64,000 bases of DNA from the NCBI RefSeq assembly GCF_028641065.1, contig NC_073389.1:18414001-18478000 (forward strand). Reading direction: 5' to 3'. The notes beneath the pieces were generated by a model. It ran no database searches, was not told the origin of the DNA, and saw only the letters and a list, made by a program, of their open reading frames with translations. A program made the translations under genes and the position numbers. This document shows, piece after piece, positions 63,269 through 64,000 of the stretch. The first letter of the stretch is position 1. Every line of letters begins with the position of its first letter. The stretch comes from Leucoraja erinacea. Lineage: Eukaryota.

Positions 63269-63544
63269 CTGGCCAAGGTCTCAGAGATGATAATAATATA
63301 TTGCATGTTGTATGGCTTCACTGTGCATGTAGACCCTTTGCCAGATGGAAAAGGAGACCAAAGATGCAAGCCGCTGTTTTCACAAGTTCGGAAGAAACAT
63401 TTATGACGAACTCTGATTTCAGCCAAGATGAATCACATGACATCTTGAGCTGAAAGTATTATCTATCTAAAGCAGAAAAATCCTCTGCACATAAAGTGAA
63501 AATAGACTTACATTTTTAAAGTGTTTTTCCCATCCTCTGCACGA

Positions 63545-63695
63545 TATTTACCAACAAATGCAGTGGTTTTGAGGTGTAGTACATTGTTAGTTCATAAAAG
63601 GAAATGGCAGTAAAATTGTGCAAAGCAAGTTTCCACCAACATGAGGAACTCATTTGTTGAGCAGCATTTGTGGCAGGAAATGAATGGTTGACATT
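63545..63695 (-). mobile_element. Ancient DeuSINE (SacSINE1/AmnSINE1-like) relic
   Basis: ttttgaggtgtagt..ggaaatggcagtaaaattgtgcaaagcaagtttccaccaaca resembles the reversed Deu domain as I recall it. Confidence 0.5.
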
Positions 63696-63837
63696 CTAAC
63701 CCAACGTACATTACAGATACAATTAGCAATCTGAATAATTTAGTATGGTATTACGGCTTATTAGCTTATTCCCTCAATTAGTATCCATTGAGCTGTAAGC
63801 GCTTGGTCAGTTTGGGAGCTTCATTGCATTAAAGACA

Positions 63838-64000
63838 AGGCGGCACAGTGGAGCTGCTGCCTCATACCACCAGATATCGAAGTTAAATCCTGACCTCTGT
63901 CCGTGTGTGTTGAGTTTGTACATTCTCTGCGACCATGTGGGTTTCCTCCAGGTTCTTTAGATCCCTCCCACATCCCAAATGCATGTGGGATTGTAGGCTA
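63838..64000 (+). mobile_element. HE1/V-SINE 5' part (runs off the window)
   Basis: ggcggcacagtgg head and V-domain. Confidence 0.8.

Overview
Eukaryotic, repeat-saturated genomic DNA. The repeat set (HE1/V-SINE, HER1-type CR1 LINEs, Penelope, Rex1/Babar) points to a cartilaginous fish, probably a skate or ray. I found no convincing host protein-coding exon, so this looks like a large intron or gene desert, with two assembly gaps. Main recognisable items: (1) a full-length but inactivated Passport-like Tc1 transposon (2193-3797); (2) a decayed AcademX-type transposase/XPG-nuclease element (about 24987-29353, minus strand) whose reading frame can be rebuilt after removing three nested insertions; (3) two copies of a ~1.04-kb non-autonomous DNA transposon with TAG..CTA ends and 7-bp TSDs; (4) a Penelope GIY-YIG fragment plus about 20 Penelope pLTR pieces, many carrying minimal hammerhead-ribozyme cores and several arranged as fold-back pairs; (5) many SINE, CR1, Rex1 and RTE fragments and MITEs. 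Family names come from recalled motifs, not database searches. Boundaries of decayed repeats are approximate (plus or minus 10-20 nt).
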